32,846 nt of DNA from positions 1 to 32,846 of the forward strand of contig KZ539120.1 of assembly GCA_000934665.2 (NCBI GenBank), read 5' to 3'. Shown in pieces: positions 1 through 11,967 of the stretch (position 1 is the stretch's first letter; each line of letters begins with the position of its first letter). The notes under the pieces were generated by a model. It was given only the letters and a program-made list of their open reading frames with translations, searched no databases and was not told the origin of the DNA. Made by a program: the position numbers and the translations under genes. The DNA is from Catajapyx aquilonaris. Lineage: Eukaryota.

Positions 1-514
1 AGTAACATATTTTGAAACGAAACTATAGACCCACCTGATCGTTTCCGGAAGATGATTCACTTGTATGACTATATTGTGGATGGCTTCCATGACTCGTCAG
101 AGTCAGTTGAACTCACGTCAGATTCTTGCTCACTTGATTCCGTCGCCACAAATAAACATTTTCTCGCAGATGAAGAAGACCCGCCTCCCCCGATGGTGGC
201 CATCTTAGTGTGGCTTACGATTGTGACACCACTGAATATTTGTCACTTTTCAAAATCAGAGACAATCATAGAGATTTCATAGCCGTCTGTTCACTATTTT
301 CGAAACTGTACTCTGTCCATAGGTAAACCGGTGCTGCCACAGTCGGAATATACCTGCATCTCAAAAAATATGAAATTGTGGCATACAATTATCTCTCACC
401 GACCCCTTCAACTACTAAAAATTGTGGGGGTTCCAGAAAAATACAATCCTACAACAACATATTTGTACCTTGCCTATGTATGCACTGTAAAGTGCCCTAT
501 TACAGTACAGAAGG

Positions 515-1271
515 TTATTTCACGTCTATGTGACCGATTTGAAATGGTCGTCGCCACCAGCAATTATGCTCGATGTGCTTCCCTTGGTTCCGCACTATCG
601 CCCAACAACGGAGTTTCCATTGCAACAGGCTGCGGTGCAAAGATACAAGGTCAATCATGTCCCATTCCTCGCGGCAAGCTTTCCAGAGCCCAGCCACTGA
701 CATGGGGCGCCGACTTCCAAGGGCTCGTTTTAGGAGGCCAAATCCACAGAAATCCATGAGGGATGCATCAGGAGATTTGACGGGGATTGCAGAAAATGGT
801 ATGGCACATATCCCAGTCTCCTGGGCCATTCTGTCCATGTAGACCGCCGTTGAACACGACGTATGACTTGATGCCTTGTCTTGATGCAACCACACCTTGT
901 TGACGTCCCAAGGCTTCCAGCCGAAAATCTTCCTGGATGATGCGATTAACAGTTGCCACGGACACTCCTACACGTGATGCGATGTGCCGTTGTGTCTTCG
1001 GGTTCTCCTGGGTGACCATGGCTCTCACCTTTGCTACGATGAGCCGATTTTGGCGGGACGTGGGCCTCTTGTTTCCTTCTTCTCCTGCTGCACTTTGGAC
1101 TGATGGGGGTCCATTCTTGTTCCGTTTCAACATGCCCTGCACACATGCTTTGGATACCTTGTAACCTTTCACTTTGCACTGTGTACTACCTGGGACTGCG
1201 AGTATTCTGCGTCGGAAAGTGCTACTATGTATCCCTACCAAAATTGAGGTATTTTTGGGGGCATGGCACAC
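515..1271 (-). mobile_element. Internally deleted Tc1/mariner-superfamily transposase relic, DD41D (rosa-like) type
   Basis: ORF 768..1271 has an HTH-like segment (KTQRHIASRVGVSVATVNRIIQED). ORF 515..895 has WLHQDKASSH...PVKSPDASLMDFCGFGLLK, with 41 residues between the second and third catalytic Asp. The two parts abut out of frame at about 910 and the first Asp region is missing. TIRs not found. Confidence 0.8.
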
Positions 1272-1635
1272 CGTCGAACGATTTCTCTACACTGACACAT
1301 GCAGCATGTCAAGGGCTCTTCGTACATACCCATTTCACTCTACCCGGTTCATTGCAACTCTGTCACATGGCATAACCAAATCGATCACATAGACCTGAAA
1401 CAACCCTCCATATAAGGCCTACTACAATATACTGTATAATCAAAAACGTTCTGAGTTACGTAAAATTGGACTTACTTTTAATGTTGTGGAACAATCCCCT
1501 TGCATAAATTGGGGGCATTGCTGCATATAATTCATTGCCTTTTCCGTGAATAGCGTGGACTTTCATAAAACTCATCAGTTTGCTATGAAATTCTTGATAG
1601 GTTTGAAGTAGTATGTGAATATCAATATTTTCCTA

Positions 1636-2008
1636 CTAATAATAATTAATAATTTAATAATTTGGGTAGTGCGGACCTCCCAACGGAGGAGGTATTGCAA
1701 GGACCTTTATTTTTATCTTTTAAGGCTTGTGTACAATGTGTACATATATTGGAACCTTGTTGTGAATCGCCCGGGTCCGCGGGCAAGGTGACTGGCAGGG
1801 GATGTGCAAGGTGCAAGTGCAATGTCTGTAACGGTACATTTTGTGAACTCCCCCGGGTGGATTAGTCTAGCGGAGATTCCACCCGAGACGAAGCCAGAGA
1901 CGACCCAACTCTGCACGAGATGAAGGGGGGTGACTCCGGGCTGCGATCGAACCGAGGACCCTTCCATCTGTAGGCGTGTACGTTACCGCAGCGCCGCTCC
2001 GCCTCCCC
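1636..2008 (-). mobile_element. tRNA-derived SINE, family A copy 1
   Basis: On the minus strand: pol III-like head with B box GGTTCGATC, body clearly alignable with 16534..16745, and a (TTA)-rich tail. Near-perfect TSD ATATTTTCCTA 1625-1635 / ATACTTTCCTA 2009-2019. Confidence 0.85.
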
Positions 2009-2198
2009 ATACTTTCCTATTTTAATTAATTCAATAACTTGCCAAATTACTTCATACATACCACATTTGTTGTCATATTAGGAATGATCCTCTTGGTTTG
2101 GCTTATTAGAACTTATTTGATACTGGCATAGTTAATTATGAAAAATTATTTACATGAGATTTTTTTTTTTTTTTGCAGGCAATCCAGCTTTTTCCAGA

Positions 2199-2912
2199 AT
2201 GCAGGTGAAAGCTTCAGAGCAGGATGCTTCTCCGAGCCAGCCCACATTTAAGATCTCGAGCGAGAATCGTGATTTTGAAGCACGTCATCGAGGAATTTTT
2301 GATCAACTGATCCAGTTGGAAACATCGCACAATGCTGTTATCGAGAAGGAAGGGAACAGCTCTCCTAGCAGTGATGAGGAGACTGAGAAGGTGGTTCCCA
2401 AGAGGAAGTCACTTCCAGCACCCGAGCCAAAATCGTCAGATGCTGTAGTATTCAGGCTACCATCACGGCCTGGGTTCAAACGTTCAGCGGCGGCTATACC
2501 TGATTACCAGCGCAATCCTCACAAATGGACCAAGTACTCCCTTGATGATGTTCCTAGTGAGAGTCTGACAGAGAGGGGTAATGCAATGGCTGCTGCCAGA
2601 TTCTTTGAGGACATTGCGGCAGGGAAGAACCTTAACAAGGACACCACGGAGGAGCCAGTCCCTAGTAAAATAGTGTTTAAGAAGCCCAAGAAAGACACAA
2701 AGAGTGTTCCAACCCCCATGGAAGGTTCTGAGAGTCTGATTGAACAATCAGGTACAGAAAAAGTGTCTGGTTCATGGCAAGATGGTGTATGCACCATGCC
2801 TGAGTATGTTGTTGGGCGAAAGGTGATCAAAAAGAAGTGTCTCAAAAGAAATGTGACACCTGCAAGTGGGAAGGAAATTAAACTGGATCACTTGTTGGAT
2901 GAGGATGAGTAA
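2199..2912 (+). CDS. TSSC4: TSSC4 (U5 snRNP chaperone) homolog, single coding exon, 237 aa
   Basis: Hallmark motifs PDYQRNPHKWTKYSLDDV and MPEYVVG. A strong poly-T...GCAG acceptor ends at 2178, so the ORF-track start at 2154 is intronic. First exonic ATG at 2199. AATAAA at 3404-3409. Confidence 0.9.
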   Translation: MQVKASEQDASPSQPTFKISSENRDFEARHRGIFDQLIQLETSHNAVIEKEGNSSPSSDEETEKVVPKRKSLPAPEPKSSDAVVFRLPSRPGFKRSAAAIPDYQRNPHKWTKYSLDDVPSESLTERGNAMAAARFFEDIAAGKNLNKDTTEEPVPSKIVFKKPKKDTKSVPTPMEGSESLIEQSGTEKVSGSWQDGVCTMPEYVVGRKVIKKKCLKRNVTPASGKEIKLDHLLDEDE

Positions 2913-3489
2913 ATTGTTCATGATGAGGCACATGGGACAAATAACACTTGAACAATCCCTACAGTAATAGAGCTAGCTGCAAGCCAGCTGTCACTTATTT
3001 TTTAAGTTGATATCATGTCTGTTAAATTCAGTGTCTGGGCCCACTTATAGCCTTTCACTACAGTTGCGGGGCATTTCTCGTAAGCTTCCTTACTGGAGAG
3101 GCTTACTTCAAGTAATCATGAGATGAGATACCAACCTGAAGTGTGAGTAGGTGAAAAGAAGTAAGATTCATAGAAATCATGCTCATTTATAATTTTTTTA
3201 AAGACACAAACTTCCTTGAAAAATTAAGTTCCGCTTTCATTTTGTAAAATGTTTTCCTCTCCTGATGTTAGTCAAAGCATGAACATGTTGTGCGATATGC
3301 CAGTGAATCACTAATATTATGATTGGTGTTCCTTTAGTGTGTGGTTTTCCCATCCACGTAACTGTTGGACAGTAACAAACTCTGTATACATTGCTTTGTG
3401 TGCAATAAACATTTGCAAGGGATTATGTATTTTTCTTGCTAATATATGAATGTAAAAATATATTTAAATAACTTTTAAATAAGAATGTG

Positions 3490-4084
3490 CAGGGAGGCAT
3501 GGTGGTCTAGTGCAGCGGTTCTCAAACTTTTTGGGCCGCGGAACCCTATTTACCTCATAATTCTTTTGCGGAACCCTGAACCCTAATCTTACTCATAATT
3601 TACACTAGGAATACCTATAAGTCTTTTTGTTGTTAAATAGTAGGGCAAGGTTATGTTAATTTTTTTTTTCAAGGCAATGATGCAATAGTTTTTTAGGCAC
3701 AAAATTTTATTTTTTATATTTTCCAAATCTTTTGCGGAACCCCTATGCTGGTGTCACGGAACCCTAGGGTTCCGCGGAACACAGTTCGAGAACCGCTGGT
3801 CTAGTGGTTACGCCACTGGCCAGCCAAGCGGGAGGCCGGGGTTCAAATCTCGTCCCCGTCACCTCAGCTTGGCGGGTTTTTTTCGCTTTTCACCCGACAT
3901 GCCGGGGCAGAATTGCACTCCCTACTCTGCCCAGGGCCAGGAGAAAAGGTCTGGTGTATTTCACAAAGTCAGAAATGACTAACATTACAGAGCCCTCCCT
4001 TGGCAACCTCCCCTTCCCCCCTAAGAGGGCTCTGCCCTATCACAGGTTTTTATTTAATTTTTATTTAATTTTTATTTTAATTTT
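3490..4084 (+). mobile_element. tRNA-derived SINE, family B copy 1, interrupted by a hAT MITE
   Basis: A box TGGTCTAGTGG, B box GGTTCAAATC, body nearly identical to 21910..22240. TSD TAAGAATGTG at 3480-3489 and 4085-4094. Confidence 0.9.
3513..3798. mobile_element. hAT (Buster/Charlie-like) MITE
   Basis: TIRs CAGCGGTTCTC...GAGAACCGCTG. Perfect 8-bp TSD GTCTAGTG at 3505-3512 and 3799-3806. Repeated internal CGGAACCC motifs. Confidence 0.92.
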
Positions 4085-4550
4085 TAAGAATGTGTTAAGG
4101 ACTATATGCCGAACTGTTCTACATGAACACCGCCCCACATTTCAGTGGATTATGGGCCATCCTGTAATGTTACATCTTACATCAATGGTACCAATGGTAC
4201 GCAGTACCCATGCCAATAAAAGGCAAGGGTTGAGAGGTCGAATTAGCATGCAAAGAAAAGATGCCACAGACTACCCGATCTCCATACTACTACTAGTAGA
4301 GACTCCATACCGGAAATCAACAATTAATGATAGCTATATTGCCTTATCGGCAAAAAAAAATTTAATATCCAATAATCAACTAATACAATCAATAACAACA
4401 ACAACACATTATTGTGTGATAATTAAACACAAGCAATGAAACTGAATACCAAGTTTTGATAGCAAATTGGAGTGCAATTGCTTAAATCTAACAATATGCA
4501 GGTAACTGATCCCATGTTTGCTTAAGGCAGACAATCAGTATGGTTTACAT

Positions 4551-4724
4551 CAGCAGTTCTTAACCTGGGGTGCGAGGTGGCTCCCCTGGGGGTGCGAGCA
4601 AGGTGCACCTCTGGACTTATTAGTCTAACTATGAACTTAATCAATCACCCCTGGTATTGGGGGTGCGACAAGGACCAACTATCTTCAAAGGGGTGCGGAG
4701 GCCCGAAAAGGATAAGATCCCCTG
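4551..4724. mobile_element. hAT (Buster/Charlie-like) MITE
   Basis: Imperfect TIRs CAGCAGTTCTTAACCT...AGGATAAGATCCCCTG. Perfect 8-bp TSD GTTTACAT at 4543-4550 and 4725-4732. Confidence 0.85.
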
Positions 4725-4831
4725 GTTTACATGATGATGGATGTATTATTTGTGTGTCTTATGCCTTCTGAGAGAGTTGACACTCGGAAAGTGTAAGGAG
4801 TGACATGATTTATTTCTTAGTTTCTCCACAC

Positions 4832-5395
4832 CAGCAGTTCCCAAACCGTGCTCAGCAGAGCCCTTGGGGCTCTGCAGAAGCTGGTGGAAGCATTGAGAAT
4901 AACAGGGCACTATTTTTTTTTTTTTAATGGCCACCTGCCCTGGAACACGATGGCACCTAAAACTTTAGTTCATTTCACGAATTTTTCACTGCAAATGGCA
5001 TTTCATGGAACAAATGCATTAATGTATTAATGTATGTGTTAGGCTCAAACCCTGAAAGCGCTCATTGAGCAAAAAAACAAAAACAAAATAACGACCAGAA
5101 CTAGTTCTGGTAGTTTTCAAATCAGCTAGAACTAGGTCTGCTTGGTAGTTATTTTTGCTAAATGAGCCTTTTCCGGTATGCACAGTTGGCATGAAGGGAA
5201 TGACTGGCTAGACTTCCGGAGCTATCACTAGAATACATTTTAAAAAGTCATAGGAGTGCAACAGTAGTCACTGTGTCTTCCACCGACAAGCTTGAGCCAT
5301 TAAAAATGCCTTCCTCTCTTTAAAAAAAGTTCTGGATGAGGCTGTACAAATGATTATAAATTACATTTAAGTCATGGCCTCTAATATCCAGATTT
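4832..5395 (+). mobile_element. Degenerate hAT (Buster-type) transposon fragment
   Basis: Left end CAGCAGTTCCCAAAC at 4832. About 5177-5390 reads, across frameshifts and stops, VCTVG..GMTG*TSGAITRI...HCVFHRQA...KKVLDEAVQ.I..IKS.PL, matching the hAT TDGA and CxxH region. Confidence 0.65.
5049..5178. mobile_element. Small palindromic MITE-like insertion
   Basis: Inverted arms GCTCATTGAGCAAAAA / TTTTTGCTAAATGAGC (15/16 match), with an internal palindrome ACCAGAACTAGTTCTGGT. Confidence 0.55.
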
Positions 5396-5432
5396 TTCAC
5401 CAATTGATTTAAGCTGTACCAATACCATAGAT

Positions 5433-5820
5433 CAGTGGTTCCCAACCTTTTTGTCATGACGCCCCCCTTTTCGTTTTCACAAAACAGTCACGCTCCCCCC
5501 CCNCCCCCGGTCCCAATAAATTTCAGCAAGAGTTTCTTGACATAAATTTTTATAACTGAGGAATGAAAACATGTTGAAATAGGGGCAACAACAGAAGGGA
5601 CAATAAATTTTGGGGTGGTTCAAGGTCACACAAGTTTAGCTGACAAAGTACAGTGGAATCTTCCTATACTGTAAGCACATCGGATACAAGCAATTAGAAG
5701 AGTCGGTCCCTTCACATTTCCAGCAGCGCCAAGCGGAAACATGTTACATTATTTACTTATTTCTCATGGCCTCACACCCTCCCTGAAATCCTCTCGTGCC
5801 CTCCAGGTTGGGAACCACTG
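5433..5820. mobile_element. hAT (Buster/Charlie-like) MITE
   Basis: 16-bp perfect TIR CAGTGGTTCCCAACCT / AGGTTGGGAACCACTG. TSD CCATAGAT / CCGTAGAT (7/8 match). Confidence 0.9.
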
Positions 5821-6795
5821 CCGTAGATCTTACTCAACCAATTCTGAAATTTATTCTCATAAGTATTCTTTCTGGAAACAGTTCCTTGAGCCACTCCATT
5901 TAAGTGTGTTTTCTGAAATTAGGAACCTCAATATTGAGTACCAGTAGCCTACTCTAGTAGGCTACATTGAATTTCTAAACGATTGGTAAGAATTTATGGC
6001 CATGAAAAATTTATACACAATATATTGTTGCCTCTTTTAGATACTGATTTTAACTGTAAATGTTTAATTTTTTCACATGTAGACGTAAATTTGTGAATTT
6101 TCGAAGGTATATATCCATGAGATATATTCTGCTGAATTCTGGATTTTCAAGAGCAAAAATTTCAGAGTTTGGGAGGATGGGTTGATGGTTTTTAAATTTT
6201 ATTTTTCAAAATAAAACCCTGGTTACTGCTATAAGTAATTTGCAGTAGTACAACTTTTTACAGGCCATTCGGCACAATACTTCAGAATTACTTGAGTAAG
6301 AGCTATGGCACAGTTTAAATCAGTTGGCGAAGGTCTTACGCGTACGTGCGCCTGCCTTGTTTCAGGACTTTCATTCAGCCACGGAGGTCTTACTAACCTT
6401 TTTTTACTGAAGGGAATTGTTTGCTCTTATTTCAGTTCTTTTTTAAAAAGGAATAATGCCTCATTTGACAACAATACATGGTGTAGAAATCGCAGTGTTT
6501 CGCAGAGCAGTCAATCATGAACTTGGTTTGATTGCGCCAAAGAATTTCGTAACTACAGTCCTGAAGGATGACATGTTCGGCTGGAAGATGGAAGGCATGC
6601 ATTCAACTCTCATCATATGATCCCAAGCTGTCAGTCGCTATTAATATTATTGTAATTATTCTGCAGGGGTGGGGTTGGGGGGTGGGACGGGTAGTTTATA
6701 GTTTTATTTTTACAAGTTTTAATTTAGTTCATACATGGGCTTAACTTGTGTTTCCCTTCATCACTGACTACCCCTTACAGGGAAATGTCATGATG

Positions 6796-6826
6796 GTGTT
6801 GTTGTTGTTGTTGTTGCTGTTGTTGT
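6796..6826. repeat. (TGT)n microsatellite, possibly a retroposon tail
   Basis: About ten TGT units visible directly. Confidence 0.7.
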
Positions 6827-6899
6827 AATTATTCTGCCCAGCCAGTCCATTTGGAACTTTGTTGTATTCCCCCCTTCCTCCCCCCATTTCTACGAGCAC

Positions 6900-7281
6900 T
6901 TGACCAGGTTTCAGATTTTTTTTTATATTTTAAGGTCCATGTGAGGGTAACAAGGACCTCCTCCTCATTAGTCATTATCCGCTGGCACCCCAATATTGGG
7001 GAAAAGCCATGATGTATATGAATGAATGTAATTATTCTGCAGCAAGTAATAGTTTCGTGGAATTGCAATTGCATAGAGCAGGGCTGGATACTAACCTCAT
7101 GACATTTTGATATGATAGCATAGAGGAATTCCTTCAGAGTGCGGAAGGGGATTATGGACTTTCATTAATTTCATCTGGCCAAGAATAATAATGTAATATT
7201 GACCAGGCTCCAGATTTTTTAAAATTTAATGGTCATGTGACGGTAACGAGGATCTCCTCCTCATTAGTCATTATCCGCTGG
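6900..7281 (+). repeat. Diverged ~85-bp direct duplication (6900-6985 and 7200-7281)
   Basis: Both copies read TGACCAGG..CAGATTTTTT...CATGTGA.GGTAAC.AGGA.CTCCTCCTCATTAGTCATTATCCGCTGG. Confidence 0.8.
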
Positions 7282-8388
7282 TAATAAATTATTATTAGTA
7301 AGTAAGTATGGTGAGGTTGTAAACAAGAATTGGCGTTGCTAGGTGATGTCAGCATGAACAAATAAAGTAATAATGGAAAAAATAAGGCAAAAAAATCACA
7401 GCGCCAATCTTGTAGCAGGTAGAACTGTGATGTTTTGACCACAGATCCGCACCATCCTGTTGCACATTCGGCCGTTTGAAGAAGAAGCCGAATTTCGAAT
7501 AGTGACATTTTTAGTGGTTTTAAATTTTTTGTGGCGTTTTGAAGAGGAATTCAGTTTATCTGTAAATAGTAGGAATGCACTTCACGATGGTGGGGGTATG
7601 TGTTCAAAATTGGGAAGCTGTATCTACAGCAGAACTTGAGTTAAGGTGAATTTTAAAAAACCTAACTAGAAGAAGCAGAAGATGTTGGAAAAATTCATTG
7701 TTGAAATGCTATGCTACAGTCTTACTTAGGGGCCCCCACCCCTAAAATTATGATGAGCTAATTGGAATTTGTCGTACCTTCCACCACGTGTATGATAACA
7801 CTAACCCAAGTTGCATAGCAACATCACTTCATAGTCAATAAAATATTCAAAATCTACAGTATAAAAATCATGTGCTTGGGGCCTGTAGATTTCGAAGATT
7901 TGAGTATTGCATGCCAAAATTTGTGCTCCTGCTGCAAGACGTACCTTCGTGGATTATGGAATAAAGCAGCCGAGTTGACCAGGCGACAAGGAAGGAGGCT
8001 GTCAAGCAGGAGGGAATCTGCCATAATTTTTGTCCCCACCTGGAGGAGTATGGTTGATCATGGAACACAGACCAGCAATATTAAATTATAAAGTAGGTGG
8101 TTGTAGTGATTATAATCGTGCAACAAAATTGAATGATTTTTTCAAATTACATAGGCTAAGTTGCACCACTCCACTCCTGGTAAATGATGTACTGGTACAG
8201 TGAAATCTGTGAAGTTGGACACCCTAATTTTACGTTGCCAAGTGCAACAATTTAATGCATTTTCTTATAAGCACTTTACCACTTTATTCCACAGATTTTT
8301 TAGCAAGTTGGAAATTTTTTGCCCAAGCAGATTTTTTTTGTGTAAGTCGTATAAGTATGTGTGTATAAGTAAGTCAAGGACCTGAACT

Positions 8389-8637
8389 CTGATGGCCCAA
8401 GTGAAAACCCTGTTATCTTCGAAAACCACGTGAATGGAGATAAATGCGCCTTTGCACTCCTCTTTGCAAGCCACACCTTTTGGTACAAAGCCCGTAACTG
8501 TAGGAGCAACTCTTGCAAAGTTTTGCCCAATTGAAATCATTCACTTCCATATACGATAATGGAAACAAAAACACTTCAAATGCGATTATCTCAATATGAC
8601 AAAGGCTGAGATTCAGGGTTTTCACTTGGGCCGTCAG
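8389..8637. repeat. 24-bp inverted repeat, probably subterminal repeats of an old DNA transposon
   Basis: CTGATGGCCCAAGTGAAAACCCTG (8389-8412) and CAGGGTTTTCACTTGGGCCGTCAG (8614-8637), 23/24 complementary. Confidence 0.7.
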
Positions 8638-8872
8638 AACTGTACTTGCACATATGGCAGAATATGAATGCACTGCCTTAGAGGTTGACTCATGGGTACC
8701 CCTTAAATGCACTGAAAGATTCATTGTTGTCACCTACCGTAGATTGTTAAAAGAGTTCATGGCGCTACCTTTCACACCTCTACATTTTATGCTTGCTTTG
8801 ACCTAAGGAAGTCACTAACAGTTGAATGACCTAGTTATAAATACCCTAGATAGAGTATACAGGGTGCAAATG

Positions 8873-9151
8873 AGCGACACGGTGGCATAGTGGTTAGCAC
8901 CGCAGCCTTCCACCTCTGAGGTCCCGAGTTCAATCTCCAGGTCGGACGGAGGATCCTTATGTGGATAGAATTTTGATGGGTCCTCTCCTTGTTCGAGTGG
9001 GTTTTCTCGGGGTTCTCCCGTTTCCTCCCACAATCAAAATCCATCACAGCGCAGGCAATGATTAAAGACGGTTCACGAAAAGATGATCTCTTAAGAGGCC
9101 CAAGGAGGCCTATCACGGAGTATCCATTATTATTATTGTTATTATTACAAT
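8873..9151 (+). mobile_element. tRNA-derived SINE, family D (V/Meta-like central domain)
   Basis: A box TGGCATAGTGG, B box GAGTTCAATC, core GTGGGTTTTCTCGGGGTTCTCCCGTTTCCTCCCACA, (ATT)n tail. TSD GTGCAAATG at 8864-8872 and 9152-9160. Confidence 0.85.
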
Positions 9152-9332
9152 GTGCAAATGGAGCAAGTCATTTGACATGTTTTTATGCTGCCCCACTGTC
9201 AGAGATGTGCACTTAGGTCTAGAAATGCTCTTTGCACCATGGGGAATACATACTTATCTACAATACACTATATTAGGAGCATGAGGTACCCTGTACATTT
9301 CCAAAAGCAATAGAAATTATTCAATAAAATGC

Positions 9333-9338
9333 TTTATT
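9333..9338 (-). terminator. Polyadenylation signal AATAAA for Twinkle
   Basis: TTTATT on the + strand, 17 nt beyond the Twinkle stop codon. Confidence 0.55.
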
Positions 9339-9355
9339 AGCTTTCAATGCATGCA

Positions 9356-10000
9356 TCATACTTCCACTGTGCTGACTTTTGCAGCCTTTTCTTTAAATTT
9401 TCTGGTAGCAAAACTCAGGGACTCCCTGTTGAAGTCCAACGCAACATAACCAAGATCACCGCTGTACCTATTTTTGGTCACTTGGAGATATTTGCGTCCC
9501 TTTATTTGTACTGTATCCTGCTTCTTATCTTGCAGGATCAACACATTGTCAGCCTCCTGTGACGCCTTAGCCGATCCAAATATAGAACTGGTCAGCAGCT
9601 CCTCAGTCTCCCGCTCCTTCCTGGGATGAATGACAAGCGTTACGTGACAATTCCGTGACGTTGCAAATTTCCTGAAATGGGCCACTGCTGCATCTTGCTG
9701 CCAGAATCGGTCCATGTGTTTTGAAGGTGAATCTGGTGTGCCAATCATGAACTGGAGGTTATCCACTATGATGTGAGCAATGTCATATACATACACTGCA
9801 TGACTCATGGCTTCAAGCACTGATCCAATTGATTGTTGCCCATGGTAGGTCATGAAGTACATGGGGAGGCGCTCAAAGTGGTCAGCCCAACGGTCAAACT
9901 CAGAAAGGTTGCGCTCCAGGTTCTCTTCTGCAAACTGGGTGAGCATGATCTTCGCCAAGCGGACCATTGGAAGCTCAAAGCTTCCCCAGAGGGTATTTAC
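9356..10000 (-). CDS. TWNK: Twinkle mitochondrial DNA helicase, last coding exon (SF4 helicase C-terminal part)
   Basis: [19 protein letters not shown] (Walker B), [32 protein letters not shown]. Acceptor TTTCTTCAG, phase 0. Spliced product 599 aa. Confidence 0.95.
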   Translation of the reverse strand, partial: VNTLWGSFELPMVRLAKIMLTQFAEENLERNLSEFDRWADHFERLPMYFMTYHGQQSIGSVLEAMSHAVYVYDIAHIIVDNLQFMIGTPDSPSKHMDRFWQQDAAVAHFRKFATSRNCHVTLVIHPRKERETEELLTSSIFGSAKASQEADNVLILQDKKQDTVQIKGRKYLQVTKNRYSGDLGYVALDFNRESLSFATRKFKEKAAKVSTVEV

Positions 10001-11431
10001 CTGAAGAAATAAATTTATGATGTGACAGTACGAAGCATTTGAAAATTGATACATATATCTAGTCTAATGTTCTAAAGTTCCAACTAGGTCATCTTCTCCT
10101 CCCATATTCATACAGCTGGAAATTGCTTTCATGGATACAGTGGGAAGAGACAGCAAGGAAGGGAGGATGAAGGGAGGGAAGCATACACTCACTCTCATCC
10201 TCTAACCATGCACTTGTGTATTAGCTTTTATAGTGTATTTATACTTAATTGTTCTAGGGGTTAGCAATTATTTGGCAGTAAGTGGCTAATTATTATTCAG
10301 CAGATATATTTGCACAGGTAGTTAGCTATTATCAAAAGGATTACTGTTGATCTCAGGTTGAACTGAAGCATCTTTTCAAGTCCTGAATAGCAATGAACGT
10401 CAGAATTTTGCCATTGAGAATGGCCCATTGGGAACCACCAGTATTCAAGTTCAGTGATTGAAGAGCCTTTTTTAGCAGCATAGACCCAGTGCATTAGCTA
10501 AAAATAATGCCCCATCCAACTTCATGGAAGCAGCTGATACTTAGATACTCCCCAAGAGTAACTGTTTGAAAGTAACTGCTGACTAGTAAGTGGCTTATGT
10601 CCAAAAAATTCTAACCACTACACAACATGTAAGTTGGAACACAGTGTTAATGCCATCGGCATTTTCTGGGCATTTTCCTACAGTAATGCAAATTTAAAAC
10701 AACAAAAATTTATGTGAATGCACCTGCAAAATGGTGGATTGACAACATTAATACATCCAACAAGGGCAATTCAAATGAAAGTGATCCTGTTAATCACATG
10801 CAGATCTGGTTGTGAATAAACACACACAAAATTCTGAGGCTATATGGTCAGGTGTTGTCCATTACCTGCCAAATTTGATTCCCATCAGAGCAACAAAGTA
10901 AAGCAGAAATTCACCCCTAGTGCACATTATTTTTCTGTGCCCAGTACTAGTGTATGTGAGGCCAGTTGATCAAACCTGCAAGTTCTGTAAACTCTTGTTG
11001 TTTTCCAACAGCACAGAATTGTCACAGCCTGCAGCCTTTGATGCATCATTTGGGGCCTGAAGTTTCCTCTTTCCTACTTATTTGCAACCAGGTCGGTGTG
11101 TGGTTGATTGGCTCACTTTCATGGAGCAAACAAGGGTGGGGAAGCTGCAGGAGATTGAGGATTTGATAGGAAAAGTTCAGAGGAGAACGAGTTGTTCAGA
11201 AACTCAATTCTGTGCCACTGGCAATATATTAACACAAGGCATTACTCGGCAGTTGAGGGTACAACGGACTTGTAAAAAGCCGGACTTGAGCCCGGACTTG
11301 GTCGGATTGGCGCCTTATACCATATAATGGACTTAATGAGTGATTTACCCCTTGAATTAACATGACATTTCCATGTAGCCAAGTTTTTGGAGACCTTTCG
11401 GGACATGTGAAAACCTGTTTATAGTACTGAC

Positions 11432-11871
11432 CCCTTGCATGCACAGATCCAGTGAGTAGTCACTGATGAAGGTAGTTTTCCCAGCTCCAGTTGGGCCAGT
11501 AAATACTGTGAGCTCTCCTCTCCGGTGACCCTTAAGAATTCGGTTGAGCCCCGGAAACCTGGTCCACTTGACACCAGCTGCCTTCTCTGCATGAGAGAAC
11601 TCCTGGAACACTTCCTCCCTTATGTTTGAAAAACTGGTTATGTCCTTGTGGGCCATTGGCTGGGATGACTCCAGAATCTTTGTCACTCCCTTAAGTTGGT
11701 GGCCCATTCCAGCAGGACTTTCTGGATGCCTCACTAGGTGGCATCGACGCTCATTCAGCTTTCGGGCAAAGGTCAAAGCATTTCCCCAGCTGTTGCCACT
11801 CCCAAGCCAAAGGTACAGACGATCAAAGTGCTCCACTAATGGGAGGAATTCTATGGGAAGATGTTTCACAC
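11432..11871 (-). CDS. TWNK: Twinkle, coding exon 2 (linker and Walker A)
   Basis: FARKLNERRCHLVR, GVKWTRFPGLNRILKGHRRGELTVFTGPTGAGKTTF. Acceptor TTCCTGCAG (phase 1), donor GTCAGT (phase 0). Confidence 0.95.
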
Positions 11872-11967
11872 CTGCAGGAATAAAATGATTCAGTTTTGCT
11901 ACATGTTGTTTTTAATACCATCCTTTTGGCAACTGTAAAAATCCAATTGGGGAGAATTAACTACATA

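Noticed and set aside
69..203. Minus-strand short ORF MATIGGGGSSSSARKCLFVATESSEQESDVSSTDSDESWKPSTI*
   Set aside because: The Ser/acidic composition suggests a decayed transposase N-terminus, but it stops early and has no diagnostic motif, so it cannot be assigned.
1535..1585. Minus-strand CTGATGA-GTTTTAT-GAAA, resembling a minimal hammerhead ribozyme core
   Set aside because: Stems I and II cannot be formed convincingly. The similar motif at about 22825 also lacks stem II.
2154..2198. N-terminal MRFFFFFAG extension of the TSSC4 ORF
   Set aside because: The Phe run is the translated polypyrimidine tract of the splice acceptor ending at 2178.
3804..4439. 211-aa ORF, and the related 126-aa ORF at 21727..22107
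   Set aside because: Both run through SINE B and its low-complexity tail. Their shared peptide similarity comes only from the repeat.
6305..8091. Possible additional + strand gene between TSSC4 and Twinkle (ORFs 6305..6520 and 7870..8091)
   Set aside because: No recognisable domain or consistent splice chain. The region looks like decayed repeats.
8874..8945. tRNA-like sequences here and at about 16535, 19660 and 21912
   Set aside because: A/B boxes are followed by SINE bodies, tails and TSDs, with no complete cloverleaf. These are SINE heads, not tRNA genes.
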